A stretch of DNA of 64,000 bases from the NCBI RefSeq assembly GCF_030144855.1, contig NC_082711.1:26040001-26104000 (forward strand). The letters are read 5' to 3'. The DNA comes from Hypanus sabinus. Lineage: Eukaryota. The notes under the pieces are model-generated. The model did no database searches and was not told the DNA's origin. It saw only the letters and a list, made by a program, of their open reading frames with translations. Both the position numbers and the translations under genes were made by a program. Positions 50,950-63,485 of this stretch are shown here, piece by piece. The stretch's first letter is position 1, and the number at the start of each line of letters is the position of its first letter.

Positions 50950-52810
50950 ACCGTATAACAATTACAGCACTGAAACAGGCCATCTTGGCCCTTCTAGTCG
51001 GTGCTGAACGCTTACTCTCACCTAGTCCCACTGGCCCTCACTCAGCCCATAACCCTTCATTCCTTTCCTGTCCATATACCCATCCAATTTTACTTTAAAT
51101 GACAATACCGAACCTACCTCTACCACTTCTACTGGAAGCTCGTTCCACACAGCTACCACTCTCTGAGTAAAGGAATTCCCCCTTGTGTTACCCTTAACCT
51201 TTTGCCCCCTAACTCTCAACTCAAGTCCTCTTGTTTGAATCTCCCCTACTCTCAATGGAAAAAGCCTATCTACATCAACTCTATCTATCCCCCTCACAAT
51301 TTTAAATACCTCTATCCACTCCCCCCTCAACCTTCTATGCTCCAATGAATAAAGACCTAACTTATTCAACCTTTCTCTGTAACTTAGGTGCTGAAATCCA
51401 GGTAACATTCTAGTAAATCTTCTCTGTACTCTCTCTATTTTGTTGACATCTGCCCTATAATTCGGTGATCAGAACTGTACACAATACTCCAATTTCAGCC
51501 TTACCAATGCCTTGTACAATTTTAACATTACATCCCAACTCCTATCCACATGAGATTTCTCCTTCAGGGAACTATGCACCATTATTCCTAGATCACTCTG
51601 TTCTGCTGCATTCTTCAATGCCCTACCATTTACCATGTATGTCCTGTTTGGATTATTCCTACCAAAATGTAGCACCTCACACTTATCAACATTAAACTCC
51701 ATCTGCCATCATTCAGCCCACTCTTCTAACTGGCCTAAATCTCTCTGCAAGCTTTGATAACCTACCTACCTTAGTATCATCTGTATACTTACTAATCCAA
51801 TCTACCACCCCATCATCCAGATCATTAATGTATATGACAAACAACATTGGACCCAGTACAGATCCTTGAGGCACACCACTAGTCACTGGCCTCCAACCTG
51901 ACAAACACTACTCTCTGGCATCTCCCATCCAGCCACTTTTGAATCCATTTTACTACTACAATATTTATACCTAATGATTGAACCTTCCTAACTAACCTTC
52001 CATGCGGAACCTTGTCAAAGGCCTTCCTGAAGTCCATATAGACAACATCCACTGCTTTACCCTCGTCAACTTCCCTTGTAACCTCTTCAAAAAATTCACT
52101 AAGAAAATGTCACACATGACCTCCCACACACAAATCCATGTTGACTGTTCCTAATCAGACCCTGTCTATCCAGATAATTATATATACCATCTCTAAGAAT
52201 ATTTCCCATGAATTTACCCACCACTGACATCAAACTGACAGGCCTATAATTACTAGGTTTACTCTTAGAACCCTTTTTAAACAATGGAACCACATGAGCA
52301 ATATGCCAATCCTCTGGCACCATCCCCATTTCTAATGACATTTGAAATATTTCTGTCAGAGCCCCTGCTATTTTTACACTAACTTCCCTCAAGGTCCTAG
52401 GGAATATCCTGTCAGGACCCAGAGATTTATCCACTTTTATATTCCTTAAAAGCGCCAGTACTTCCTCCTCTTTAATTATCATAGTTTCCATAACTTCCCT
52501 ACTTGTTTTCTTTACCTTACACAATTCAATATCCTTCTCCTTAGTGAATACCGAAGAAAAGAGATTATTCAAAATCTCCCCCATCTCTTTTGGCTCTACA
52601 CATAGCTGTCCACTCTGATTCTCTAAGGGACCAATTTTATCCCTCACTATCCTTTTGCTATTAATATAACTGTAGAAACCCTTTGGATTTATTTTCACCT
52701 TACTTGCCAAAGCAACCTCGTATCTTTTAGCTTTTCTAATTTCTTTCTTAAGATTCTTCTTACATTCCTTATATTCCTCGAGCACCTCATTTACTCCATG
52801 CTGCCTGTAT
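50950..52810 (-). mobile_element. 5'-truncated CR1 LINE (RT and 3' end)
   Basis: Minus ORFs [71 protein letters not shown]. Confidence 0.92.
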
Positions 52811-54030
52811 TTACAGCTATAGTTACAATATCTAGAGCCCTTGGAGTAAGATTTCAAGGATGTTGCCAGTACTGGACAACTTTACCCACGCCAAAAGATA
52901 GACAAGACTGGAGTTGGACTTATTTGGTCTCTGTAGCAGTTCTGAAGAATAGAGGAACAAATGAATTAGGCTAAAACTGCAGAAAACATTACATATACCA
53001 GAGGTAGACCACTGTACAATTGAAGGATAATGACAGATTATCAAATCATAGTTGCAAGGAGAAGTTGTCTGGACTTTCAAGTCTAGCTTCAGTTGTAGAT
53101 AAAATATTGGAAAAATATGTTGAAGGACAGGATTAGTCTGTCCTTGGGGAGATGGGTGTTAGCATGTTTTAAGGGTGATCCTGTTTTGTTAATTTGATAT
53201 TTTTAAAATAAGCTATTAATGTTTTTCAGCAACAGAATGATACCTATTGATAATATGGGCAGAGAATAGCATTTAGAATTTATTCCTGAAAAATCTAAAA
53301 TGATGCATTTTTGGAATGATTAATACCATGTACTTAATCATGAACTTGTTATTAAATGCCTTACTCAGTTTAAATATTAACAGATTCCCAGGTCCTGGTG
53401 ATATATTCCCTAATTCCTATGGAGGACAAGGGAAGGGTTTGCTGAGGCTCTAAAAGTGAGTTTTAAATCTTTGTTGGCAACAGACAAGGAACCAGTTGAG
53501 TGTAGGACATCAAATGTGGTATTTTTATTCAAGAAGAGCAGCAGGGGTATGCAGGTAATTTTAAACTGATGAATCTAACATCAGCTGTAGGGAAATTATT
53601 GGGAAAATAATCCGAGTTTCAAGATTAATATACACTGGGAAAAGCAGGGCTTAATCAAATTATTTTCAATAGTTTATGGGCTAAATTTTTACAGTGAGTT
53701 CTGTTTTCAATAGGGGCAAGTTAATTCCACTGCCTGTGCTCTTTCAATAGCTGAGCATCTTCAGATATTTGTCCCCTCTTGCCTTTGTAATGCTTTAATT
53801 ATTTGCAGAGTTATGTTTGCAAATCTCAGCTATTTTTGTTCCTGCATCTGTTTCTCCAGGTAGAAATTCTTACTCCTGTATGATTCTTTCTAAACATTTG
53901 ACACCTCATTACTGGTCTCCATCTAGAAATGTGCTGTTTCTATTAATCCTAACAAAATCTTTCATAATTCTCACATCTTGCTGGGTGATATATTACATCA
54001 CTTAGCTTGTATACCTTACTAGAATAAAAA

Positions 54031-54547
54031 TACTTGGTATCCACTTTATTAGGTACACCTGTACACCTGCTTTTGATGGAAATCAACCAATCATGTGGCA
54101 GCACCTCAAAGCATTAAGCTTGCAGATATGGTCAAGTGGTTCAGTTGTTGTTCAGACCAAAACATCTGAATGGGGAAGAAATGAGATCTAAATAACTTTG
54201 ACTGTGGAATGATTGTTGGTGTCAGATCGGGGTAGTTTGAGTATCTCAGAAATTGCTGATCTCTTGGGATCTTACAGAGAATAGTGTGAAAAACAAAAAA
54301 AAAATACAGTGACTGGCAGTCCTGTGGGTGAAGACACCTAGGTAATGAGATGGCTCAGAGGAAAATCGCCAGACTGGTTCAAGCTGACAGGAATGTGACA
54401 GTAACTCAATAGCCATGTGTTACAAGAGTGATGTGCAGAAGAGCGTCTCTGAACACATAACACGTCAAACCTTGAAGTCAATGGGCTACAGCAACATAAG
54501 ACCACACCAGGTTTCACTCCTGTACCTAATACTGTGGCCACTGAGTG
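54031..54547. mobile_element. Non-autonomous Tc1-derived element, copy 2
   Basis: TIRs ccactttattaggtaca / tgtacctaatactgtggccactgagtg; homologous to 1977-2462. Confidence 0.75.
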
Positions 54548-55898
54548 TGTCTGTAATGAAGAAAAACGGAGTCACTTTTATGAACATTCCTAAGTGCATC
54601 CGAGGTATTAGGGAAGAGCAGAAGCCACTTTGCATGCACTTGTCTGCTTTGGTAGTATTAGTTGAGGAATAAATGTTTGTCAGGATAGCAGAAACCTCCA
54701 GCTCCTTCAGACATGGCCCAGGTATTTTTGGCAATAAATCAATGGCCTTTAATTGCTTGGTTTCTCCCAGAGTATCACATCAAAACTCCTCAATTTTCAA
54801 TGTACTTTACCTCAGATGAGAAAGACCTCAATTCCTTTGGCCTCCCCCAGTGCTGGCTCTCATTCTTTGTTAATCAATAGATTGATTTCTTGTTGGCCTT
54901 GATTCTGCTTAAGAGGAACCACTAAAAATCAGCTTCCTTGTTATAACTGTAATCTAACTGATTTAAATATGTGTGAATAGTACCTATTTGCTTTTGTACT
55001 GTATTTCCTAATTTATATAATCTGGAATCCAATGATTTTTGTGTGTCCGCCCTAATTTTTAAGATTTATATACATTTCCCAAGGTATTTAACACATTGTT
55101 TTTTTTTAAAGTGGTAATTTACTCCATTTGGGTACCTGAAATAAACTGCAGTATGTTTCCAACATCAAAATTCCACATCTCTCCTAGCCTACGAATATCA
55201 CCCTGAGATTGTTTACCTCTTGGTAATGTCCTTTGTATCTAAAATGATCTTTTCTCATATTAGGCGTTGAACTGAGTTCCAACCATTTTATTATGATTAG
55301 TGCATTCCAGTTTAATGAAAGAAACTGGAAATTCTCTGACAGCAATTTCCATTTTTTAAAATGAAAATTGTTTAATTGATCTGGAAAAAAGCCAATAAAA
55401 TAAAAGGCAGTTAAGTAGGTTACTTTAAAGCAAAAGGAAGAGTAGACAAGTTTTCAGCAGCTGAAATCAGATAAGGCCCTTGAGGAGGTAGGAAATAACT
55501 TAAACAAGAAATTCAGGGGATGGAAAGGGGCCATGAAATGTCCTTAGCAAGTAGGATTAAAGAGAATCCTAGCATATTTTCTCCACTCAAGGACAAGGGA
55601 GAGTGTTTTTCCGTGGAGCTAGAGGAAGTAGGTATTTTGCATCGATGTTCCGCAAGGAGAATGCAGTGGATGATGAGATTAAGGTGGGGTATGTTGATAT
55701 TGTAGGCCATGTTGGTATGAAGAAGGAGAAGGGTATCTTGAAAAGCATTAAGGTGGGTAAATCCACAAAGTCTCATGAGATCTATCCCAGGATATTGAAG
55801 GAACTAAGGAAGGAGAATGATGGGGTATAGTCTTAGATCTGTTTATCCTCTTAACCCACAGGTGAGATGCCAGAGAACTGGAGAATAGCCATTGTTTA

Positions 55899-56685
55899 CA
55901 GGTAGTCCCCGTGTTTAACTTTGTATTCGGCTTAAAATTTTCTTTGTAAGCTCGCGTGCTGGGTTGATGTTAATCCAGTGACTCCCATACCATCTGTGCC
56001 AGGTTGATGTCGAGCTCGCAACTTGACCTTGTAAAAAAAAACACTGCCACCTCCAGTTTAAATACCCACGTGGAATATTGTGGAGGATCAAATACCCAAA
56101 TCCAGCACAGCCACCACTTGTCCTATTTAACCTGTATCAGTGTGGTGGTCCTTAGGACCCAGCGGACCTCTGGAGCTGGCAGAGGTCAGGACCCGCCGCT
56201 GGCATGTTTCTGTTCTGTTGACGGGGTGCAGAGGTCCTTAGGATCGAGTGTAGGTCGGTACCCGCCGCCCACAGTGTTTCAGTTCCATTGATGGGAAGCG
56301 ATCGCAATTGAGTGGAAATAATAAAGCGTTTGGAAAGAAGTGAAACGCCATCGGTCATTGGAAAAGCTTTAGGCTATAGTTGGTCAACTATCGGAACAAT
56401 TTTAAAGGATAATGGATAAAGTGAGAACAATGGAGCATGTGAAATGCCCTGCCCTGATGAAAGCTACAATTATTACTAAGCAACGCAGTGGTTTAATTAT
56501 TGGAATACATACATTTCTTAAGTGTTTTATATGCATAAAAAGGTAAAATATATACTATATACTAAGACAAATGTTTGACGAACTGACGCTAAATAATACC
56601 GGATGTACTTGTTCCGACTTACGTACAAATCCGACTTAAAGACGGACTCAGGAACGGAACTCTTACGTAACCTGGGGACTGCCTG
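55899..56685 (+). mobile_element. Internally deleted Tigger/pogo transposon
   Basis: TA-flanked TIRs caggtagtcccc / ggggactgcctg; N-terminal HTH remnant VEIIKRLERSETPSVIGKALGYSWSTIGTILKD. Confidence 0.85.
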
Positions 56686-57312
56686 TATCTACTTTTTAAG
56701 AAGAGCCATAATAGATATTCCACAAAATTATATCAGTGAGCCTTGCATAAGTGGTTAGAAGAGATTCTGAGGGATAGGATTTAGTTGCATTGGAAACGCA
56801 TGGACTTGTTAAAAATGATCAAAGTGGCTTTGTTGAGGGGAGGTTATGTCTCGCAAATTCAACTAAGTTTTTGGGAAATGACAAAGATGATTAATGAATG
56901 AGTATAGAACATTACAGCACGTTACAGGCCCTTCAGCTCAAAATGTTCTGCTGACTTTTTAACCTATTCTAAGATCAATCTAGCCATTCCCTCCTAATAG
57001 CCCTCCATTTTTCTATCATCCATGTGCCTACCTAAAAGTCTCTTAAATGTCCCTAATATATCTATCCATGGCAACACATTCAGGGCACCCACCATTCTTT
57101 GTAAAGAAAAAAACTTGCCCTTGGCACACCTCTATAGTTTCCTTACCTCTGACACACCCCTGTACTTTCCAATCATTTTAAAATTATGCTCTTTCATTTT
57201 ACTCACAAATGGTAGACAGTCTGTATGGAATTTAATAAAGCATTTGACAAGGTCTTTTGTGGTAGGCTAGTCCAAATGATTAAGTCACATGGGATCCATG
57301 ATGAATTGGTAA

Positions 57313-58891
57313 TCTATATACTACTAAAACTCTCATGCTCTGTTTTGTCTGTTTGTGACCTCCAATTAGTGCAAACTTGCATTACAGCGGTACTTTTTTT
57401 GGCTAAATCGACTTAAAATGCACTAACTTACAGAATGCAGGCAAAGTTCAGGGTTATATATTCGTATAAAATTGCTCATTCACAAAAGTCAACAGGCTGG
57501 CTTTCACCCGAGAGCTGATCTACCATCATGGAAATCGGGACGCGACACCATGACGCATGCGTACAGCCAGCCTCAGCAGCGACACCAACCGCAGCAAAAG
57601 GGCAGGGCAGTTCTATTTCGAGCAGTCACATATCACCATCAGCATGTGCAGGATTGGGACAGATTTAACTGCCACCCATCAATAAGAGATCATTAAATCT
57701 TATTGTAATGACATACTTCTCAATTCAATATTTTTATTACTTTCTGCATAAAGGAATACAGAGTACAAGAAGATATATATTATAAGTCAAAAAAAAGTAC
57801 CAAATACATTGTATTAAAAATGCAGTTACAATCACAAAACCCATATTCATAAAAATTAAATTGTAATATTGAAATATAAAAAAACTTGGTATACACAAAA
57901 AAATTTAAACCCACTACCAAAGTCAGAGCTGTTGGAAAAAGCAAGAAAAATGGGCGGTGCGGGGGGGGGGGGGGGTTCCCTTATCATATAATAAAACATT
58001 TTTAGCCACCATCTGTACTTTTACAACAAATCAAAGGTTTTGAAAATAACTCAAAAATGGTCCCCACAATCTATAAAAGTCCTCACTAGATTCAAAAACT
58101 GAACTTCAGAGCGTCTCTAAATTTAAGCATGACATAACATCCCATAACCTGTAATGACGTGGTTCGAGAAACCCATAAAACCCTTTGCTGCAGTCAAAGG
58201 ACAGCGCTGACTATATCACGTCCATTTAGGAGAGTGCCAACCACATCATCGAGAATAATTAGCTTTCTTAGGTATTATTGCTTCGTATCTTACATCCAGC
58301 ATTAGGGTAAAAAAAATATGGTCAGCCTAATTATGCCGCGTGGAAAGAGAAGGGGGGACGCCAAACGTCGTCGGGAAGCGGCAAGGAGAGGGAGAGAACA
58401 AGAATCAGATGAGGCCAGGGCCGCAAGACTCTAGGATCAAAGAGTTAGGACAAAAAAGATCAGCAAAAAGGAAGAGGAGGAGAGGCATGCACATCTCCAG
58501 AATGACAACAACAGGCACAGGAGGAGGAGAGAGGAAGAGACAAAGGAGCTGAGAAATGCATGTCTCCAAGATAAGAGATAAAAAACAAACAGCAGACGAG
58601 ATGAAGAGACAGTGCATGAAAGAACTGCACGTCTCCAGAATGACAACAAGAAGCACAAAAGAGGCAGATCAACCAGAAAAGTTGCCATCAGAAATGTCCT
58701 TCGTTAAACGAGGAGGAGCTATATTTGCCTTGCTACGTGTTTTTCTTCTTTAATAATGGTTTTTATTCTTCAATTTCCAAAGTAAAGCAATACCAATAGC
58801 ATTCAGGAAAAATTTAATGTTCATTATGGTTAGATCAGACTGCACTATCCTTCTCTCAAAGGGTGCCCAAATGGGTCACCCTGTTGTCTAA
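57313..58891 (+). mobile_element. Non-autonomous Helitron
   Basis: Begins TC (a|tctatatacta), ends CTAA|t (CTRR); subterminal GC-rich hairpin agggtgccca-aa-tgggtcaccct (58860-58882); no TSD; removing it rejoins the host CR1. Confidence 0.85.
57713..58149 (-). mobile_element. L1-clade 3' fragment inserted in the Helitron
   Basis: 9-bp TSD tgtaatgac (57704-57712 / 58150-58158); minus strand LWDVMSCLNLE...FYRLWGPFL. Confidence 0.85.
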
Positions 58892-60056
58892 TTTAAATCT
58901 GAAATTGGCTTGTTCATTGAAGACAGTCATACCTGTGGGTGTTTGGTATCTGGAAGTCTATGACCAATGGTGATTTGAATGGTTCAGTACCAAGACGTCT
59001 AATTTTAAACAATATGGATGCAAATATAGGTGGTTTGATCAGTTAGTTTCCAGCTAACGTGAAAATAATTGGAGTTGTGGATTGTGATGAAAGTGGTCAA
59101 AAGACACATGTATAGTAAATGGCAAGACCCTTGGGAGCATTAATGTACAGAGGAATCATGAGGTGCAAATCTGTAGGGCCCTGATTATGCCAACTGGTGG
59201 ACAGGTTGGTAAAGGAGGCGTACAGCATGCTTGTCTTCACTAGTCAAGACATTGAGTCTAAAAGTTGGAAATACATATTACAGCTGTATAAAATTTTGGT
59301 TAGGCCACATTTGGAGTATTGTGTGCAATTCTGGTCACTATTTTACAAGAAGGATGTACAAGAAGCCTTTGGAGAGGTGCAACAGAGGTTCCCTGGGATG
59401 TTGCCTGAGTAAGAGAGTATTAGCTGTAAGGAGCAGTTGGATAAACTCATTGGTTTCTGTGGAGTGTTAGAGGCGTCAAGGCAACCTGAAGGAAATCTAC
59501 CCTTGCTCCTGCTAATATTAAGGAGGAATTGCCTAGAACCATGTATTAACCATGTAAAGTTATTCCCAGGGTAGAAATGTCAAATAGAAAGCAGAGGTGT
59601 AAGGTGAGAATGGTAAGTTTAAGGGAGATTCACAAGGCAGGTTTTTTACACAATGGGAAGTGCCGGGAATGTGATGCCAGGAGAAGTGAAGAAACAGGAT
59701 AGCAGCATTTAAGAGGCATTTGAATTGGCACATCAATAGGCTGGGGAGAAAAGTGAAGTGATTCACATGCAGCCAGATGTGATCAGTTTAGACTAGCATC
59801 ATGGAAGGCACTGATGTGTTGGGCCAAAGAGCATGTTGAGGATTGATAAATTGGTATAAAGTTAGTGAAACTTTGAAATATAAGACAGCTGGCATAAATT
59901 TATTAAAAACCAAATTGCATTGGTATGATTTGGGTTCAGCCAAACAGGAAAGTTGTGGTGTTCCAATGAGTGAATGAAAATTGTGCTGAATGCTGCTCTG
60001 TGCAAAGTTATCATTATGGTTGTCTCTTGTGGTCCGAGGAAGACTACATTGTGCAA

Positions 60057-60203
60057 GGTGGCAGTGTTTTTTTTAACGAGGTCGAGTTGCGAGCTCGATG
60101 TCAACCCAGCATGGATGGAGAGCACGCTTGGGGCGGCCTGTCAGTGGATCGAACTCGGGAACCTCCGTTCTCGAGCCCGGGGCTGACCTCACTGCGCCAC
60201 CAG
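60057..60203 (-). mobile_element. tRNA-derived SINE
   Basis: Minus-strand A box TGGCGCAGTGAGG (60187-60199) and B box GAGTTCGATCC (60146-60156); 3' domain shared with about 55995-56052; CpG retained. Confidence 0.75.
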
Positions 60204-60339
60204 ACAACCTTTTTTGCACAATGTAACCAGTGCATGAAAGATATTAAAGTGGAAAAGCCTTGCACAGAGACGATCGCACTCTCTCGGCCTCAGAAGTCAG
60301 GATCCAGTGGCATGAAGAATCATTATGTCTGGCAACTTG

Positions 60340-60708
60340 CTTTGCTTCATTGGATGGCTGCGTCTTAAGTGCTCTGCTGCACCCTACACACTCCACAATG
60401 CGCTGCTGCAACACCTTCTCAGCCATTGAACCCCCAGGGATTCTTCCACCTGATCCACCGAAGCAGCCTTCGCATGCTGAGATGAGCAAATTCCTATCTC
60501 ACCGAGGGTTTCAGACCTGTTGGCTACCCTCACTTGGTTTAGCCAGCCTTTTGAAGCCGTTGCCAAGGGTGTGACTGCAGTTGCATGCAAACAGCTATGA
60601 GGAGCCACAGGTGAGAGCTGGGCGTTGGTAGGGACCAATAGATGACGAACCACTCCAAGGAGTGTGACAAGCCACCCATCTAGAGGTGCTACCCTCCCAT
60701 GCACCCCA
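60340..60708 (-). mobile_element. Probable RTE-derived non-autonomous retroelement
   Basis: GC-rich structured leader starting gggagggtagcacctc on the minus strand, resembling RTE-clade 5' UTRs from memory; no intact ORF. Confidence 0.5.
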
Positions 60709-62369
60709 TGTTATTAGTCATCAGGAAATTACAGACCTTGCACCAATATAAAATTAAAATGGAAGTATATTTACAGATGTTTCAACTTTAACAGTCAATA
60801 AGGGGAAGAAAGGAAAAAGGCCATTACAGTTAAACCAGTCTGAATGTGTACATGAATGTTGGAGCTCATTTCTTGAATAGTCAGGATCCTTCACTTTGAT
60901 TACTTGTGTGCTGAACCCACATTATCTGCATGAAAGATAATAGCCACAGTTCAGACTTGCTTCGAAGACCATTTTGAACAAACTGCCTAACTCAGGGGTA
61001 TTGGCACTTCCTCCTTTGAACCATTTGCCTGCACGGAGCCCTTCTTACAATAGGGTGGCCCCTTCAGGTGGGATCCTCTGAGCATCTTATGAACTTCTCC
61101 ATACCTCTCAACAAAAGAGCCAAAGCCTTCAGAAATCTGATCCCACATAGCTCTCTCAAATATTCCATGACATCCTACTGGACAGAATGTCACTGCACAA
61201 TTCCAAATAAACAGAATTAGCTGGCGCAATATTTCTAGGCTGAGCAAACTCTCCTTATCTCAGCCTAAGCAAAAGTACTAATCTGTGAAGCATAACTAAC
61301 AGAACACACTGCATTTGCAGAAAACTGCTAAACTAAAAATATTTCATAGCAATGCAGTAGAAATACAATAAAACATATTCTTAACATTAGATAGATAAAG
61401 GAAATGAAATCTATTTCAAAACATTCTGTAAAATATTCAGGTTATATTTATGTTCAAATGGAAAATATGAGGAACTGATAAAGGCAATGGATAAAATTTA
61501 TTGGGCAGGGTAAATGTTGAAAAGAAGGGGTTGGAAATGGTTCACTTAGGAGCTATTGGATGGTTTATATAATAAGTAGTTTTTTTCTTGCATCTCTCCG
61601 TTTTGTGTCTTTCAATTCATGTTCTTGCTCCTCCTTTGTCCCTCCTATCTTAAGTGTGATACTAATTAGGTATTAAAATGTGCAGGGACAGTGTTACTTG
61701 GGTTTCTGCCAGGACTTATTCATGGGACAGATAGCACTAATGTTTCTAGTTAACCAGGAGATGTGGTGCATAACTTCATCGCAGATAGCAGATTGTTGAA
61801 TCTTTTAGAGAATAATTTACCTTTTAAATTTGTTTGGAACTAAGAATGCTTCTAGGTTTATGTCTCCAGTTATTTCTCAAAGAAAATTCCCATGCTGCAT
61901 TTGTACAGAATGATCACTCATAGTCAATTATGTTTTTTAATTGCAGATACTTGAAGTGAATGCTTTTGTCATAAAGCCAAAATTTAATAAGTGTCAAGTA
62001 GTATTGTATTACTATAAGTCTACAAAACCTGCAGGTTTTCAAATCTGCAGCTGTGCCTCTCATTAACACACTGCCTTTTATATAATATACATTATGTTTG
62101 GCCTTTAGCTTCAGCTTTCTTAAGGGGTCTTGCTCATTCATAATTATCCTGCTTGGTGAAAGATTTGTTTTAATTAGTTCATTTTTGTGTGAGGCTTGCT
62201 TATCATTGTACAACTTCAGATTCGTCACATTTTAAACCAAATGTCATACAAAAATTGATGTGCCTTTTTGTGCTCTTTATTGATTAATATATTCATGACT
62301 CTGCTCATTGCATTGCAGTTGAACAATGTGAGCTTCAGCTCTAGGGCAGAAAGCTAACTACTGGAGGAA

Positions 62370-62690
62370 CTTATTGAGGCAAGCAACATCTGTGGAGGCA
62401 AAGGGATAGTTGATATTTTATGTCAAGATGCTGCATTAGGACTGTATAGATGGGAGATAGCCAAAAAGAGGTGAGAGGAAAGATTGAGGCAGGGGCTGCC
62501 AGATACAGGTAGGTGGGGAAGGGGGGAAGAGGTGGAGCCAGGCAACAGTGGCTAGTGGGTGAAAGATAAGGAGAGAAAATAAGTGGGTAGGTGGAGCCAG
62601 GTTGCAGGAAGGGGAGGGTGGAGTTGGAGATGGAGGCTGGAAGGTTATAATTAGAGATGCACAAGGATGGAAACGCTGGATTAAGAGAAC
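62370..62690 (-). mobile_element. Decayed Penelope terminal fragment
   Basis: gcaacatctgtggagg...gttgatatttt...caagatgctgcattaggactg, followed by a purine-rich tract as in 39230-39540. Confidence 0.55.
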
Positions 62691-63099
62691 CAGAAACTGA
62701 ATTTAGAATACTAGAGGATTTAGAAGGGAATCTGATCCAGAAGGTGGTTCTCTCAATGATTTGAGATGTTAAGTTTAATTTTCAGTTCTTGAGTGTGACG
62801 TGGCTTGGCCATTATTTTCTTGTATATTTGGGGAGGCGAGTTGGTGGGGGTTAGTTGAGGATGCAGATGTATAAACAAGAGTGAGCAAGTGTGTTGATTT
62901 ATCCTGAAGAAGACTGTTTTGATCAGATTACCTAAATCTGGTGTATATCAATATGACTTGAGATTTAATAATTAGGATTACGGGGAACAATGGAGAAACT
63001 ACTTGTCGGCATGGGACTTGGTCCAGGATTTTTGCAGTTGAGAATTGTTCAATTTGGGGACAATAAAGATAAGTGAGCTAGGGTTTTTCTATTTGAAGC

Positions 63100-63485
63100 A
63101 AAGGAGGATGTGAGAAAACTTGTTAGACGTGTACAAGATGATAAGAGGCCCAGATCGAGTGGACAGCCAGCGACTTCTCCCCAGGGCAGAAGTGGCTAAT
63201 ATCAGGGGGCATAATTTTAAGGTGCTTGGAGGAAGGTATAGGAGGGATGTCAGAGATCGTTTTTTTTTTACATCGAGTGTGGTGGGTTCGTGGAGCGCAC
63301 AGCCAGGGGCGGTGGTGGAGTCAGTTATGTAAGGGGCATTTAAAAATCTCTTAGATAAGCACATGGGTGATAGAAATTGGAGGACTATGTCAGAGAGAAG
63401 GGGTGGATTGATCTCAGAGTAGGTTAAAAGGTCAGCACAATATTGTGGGCTGAAGGGCCTGCACTGTGCTATAATATTCTATGTA
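63100..63485 (+). mobile_element. CR1 3' fragment
   Basis: LDVYKMIRGPDRVDSQRLLPRAE...RGHNFKVLGGRYR; tail attctatg. Confidence 0.8.

Larger units (their letters stand above)
55430..59840 (+). mobile_element. Old CR1 LINE fragmented by several nested insertions
   Basis: Colinear pieces: EIYPRILKE (about 55780), ENWRIAIV, MEFNKAFDKVF...GIHDELV (57225-57312), NWL (about 58905), VRPHLEYCVQFWS (about 59300), 3' tail at about 59820. Confidence 0.8.

Noticed and set aside
58340-58753. Cluster of overlapping short ORFs
   Set aside because: These are off-frame or antisense readings of the purine-rich Helitron repeat region; the informative frame contains stops.
60140-60203. Possible tRNA gene
   Set aside because: It has A and B boxes but no complete cloverleaf or T-run terminator, and it continues into a repeated SINE body.
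60709-61386. Possible second solo LTR (TGTTA...TAACA)
   Set aside because: The flanks (ccca / ttag) show no TSD; insufficient support.
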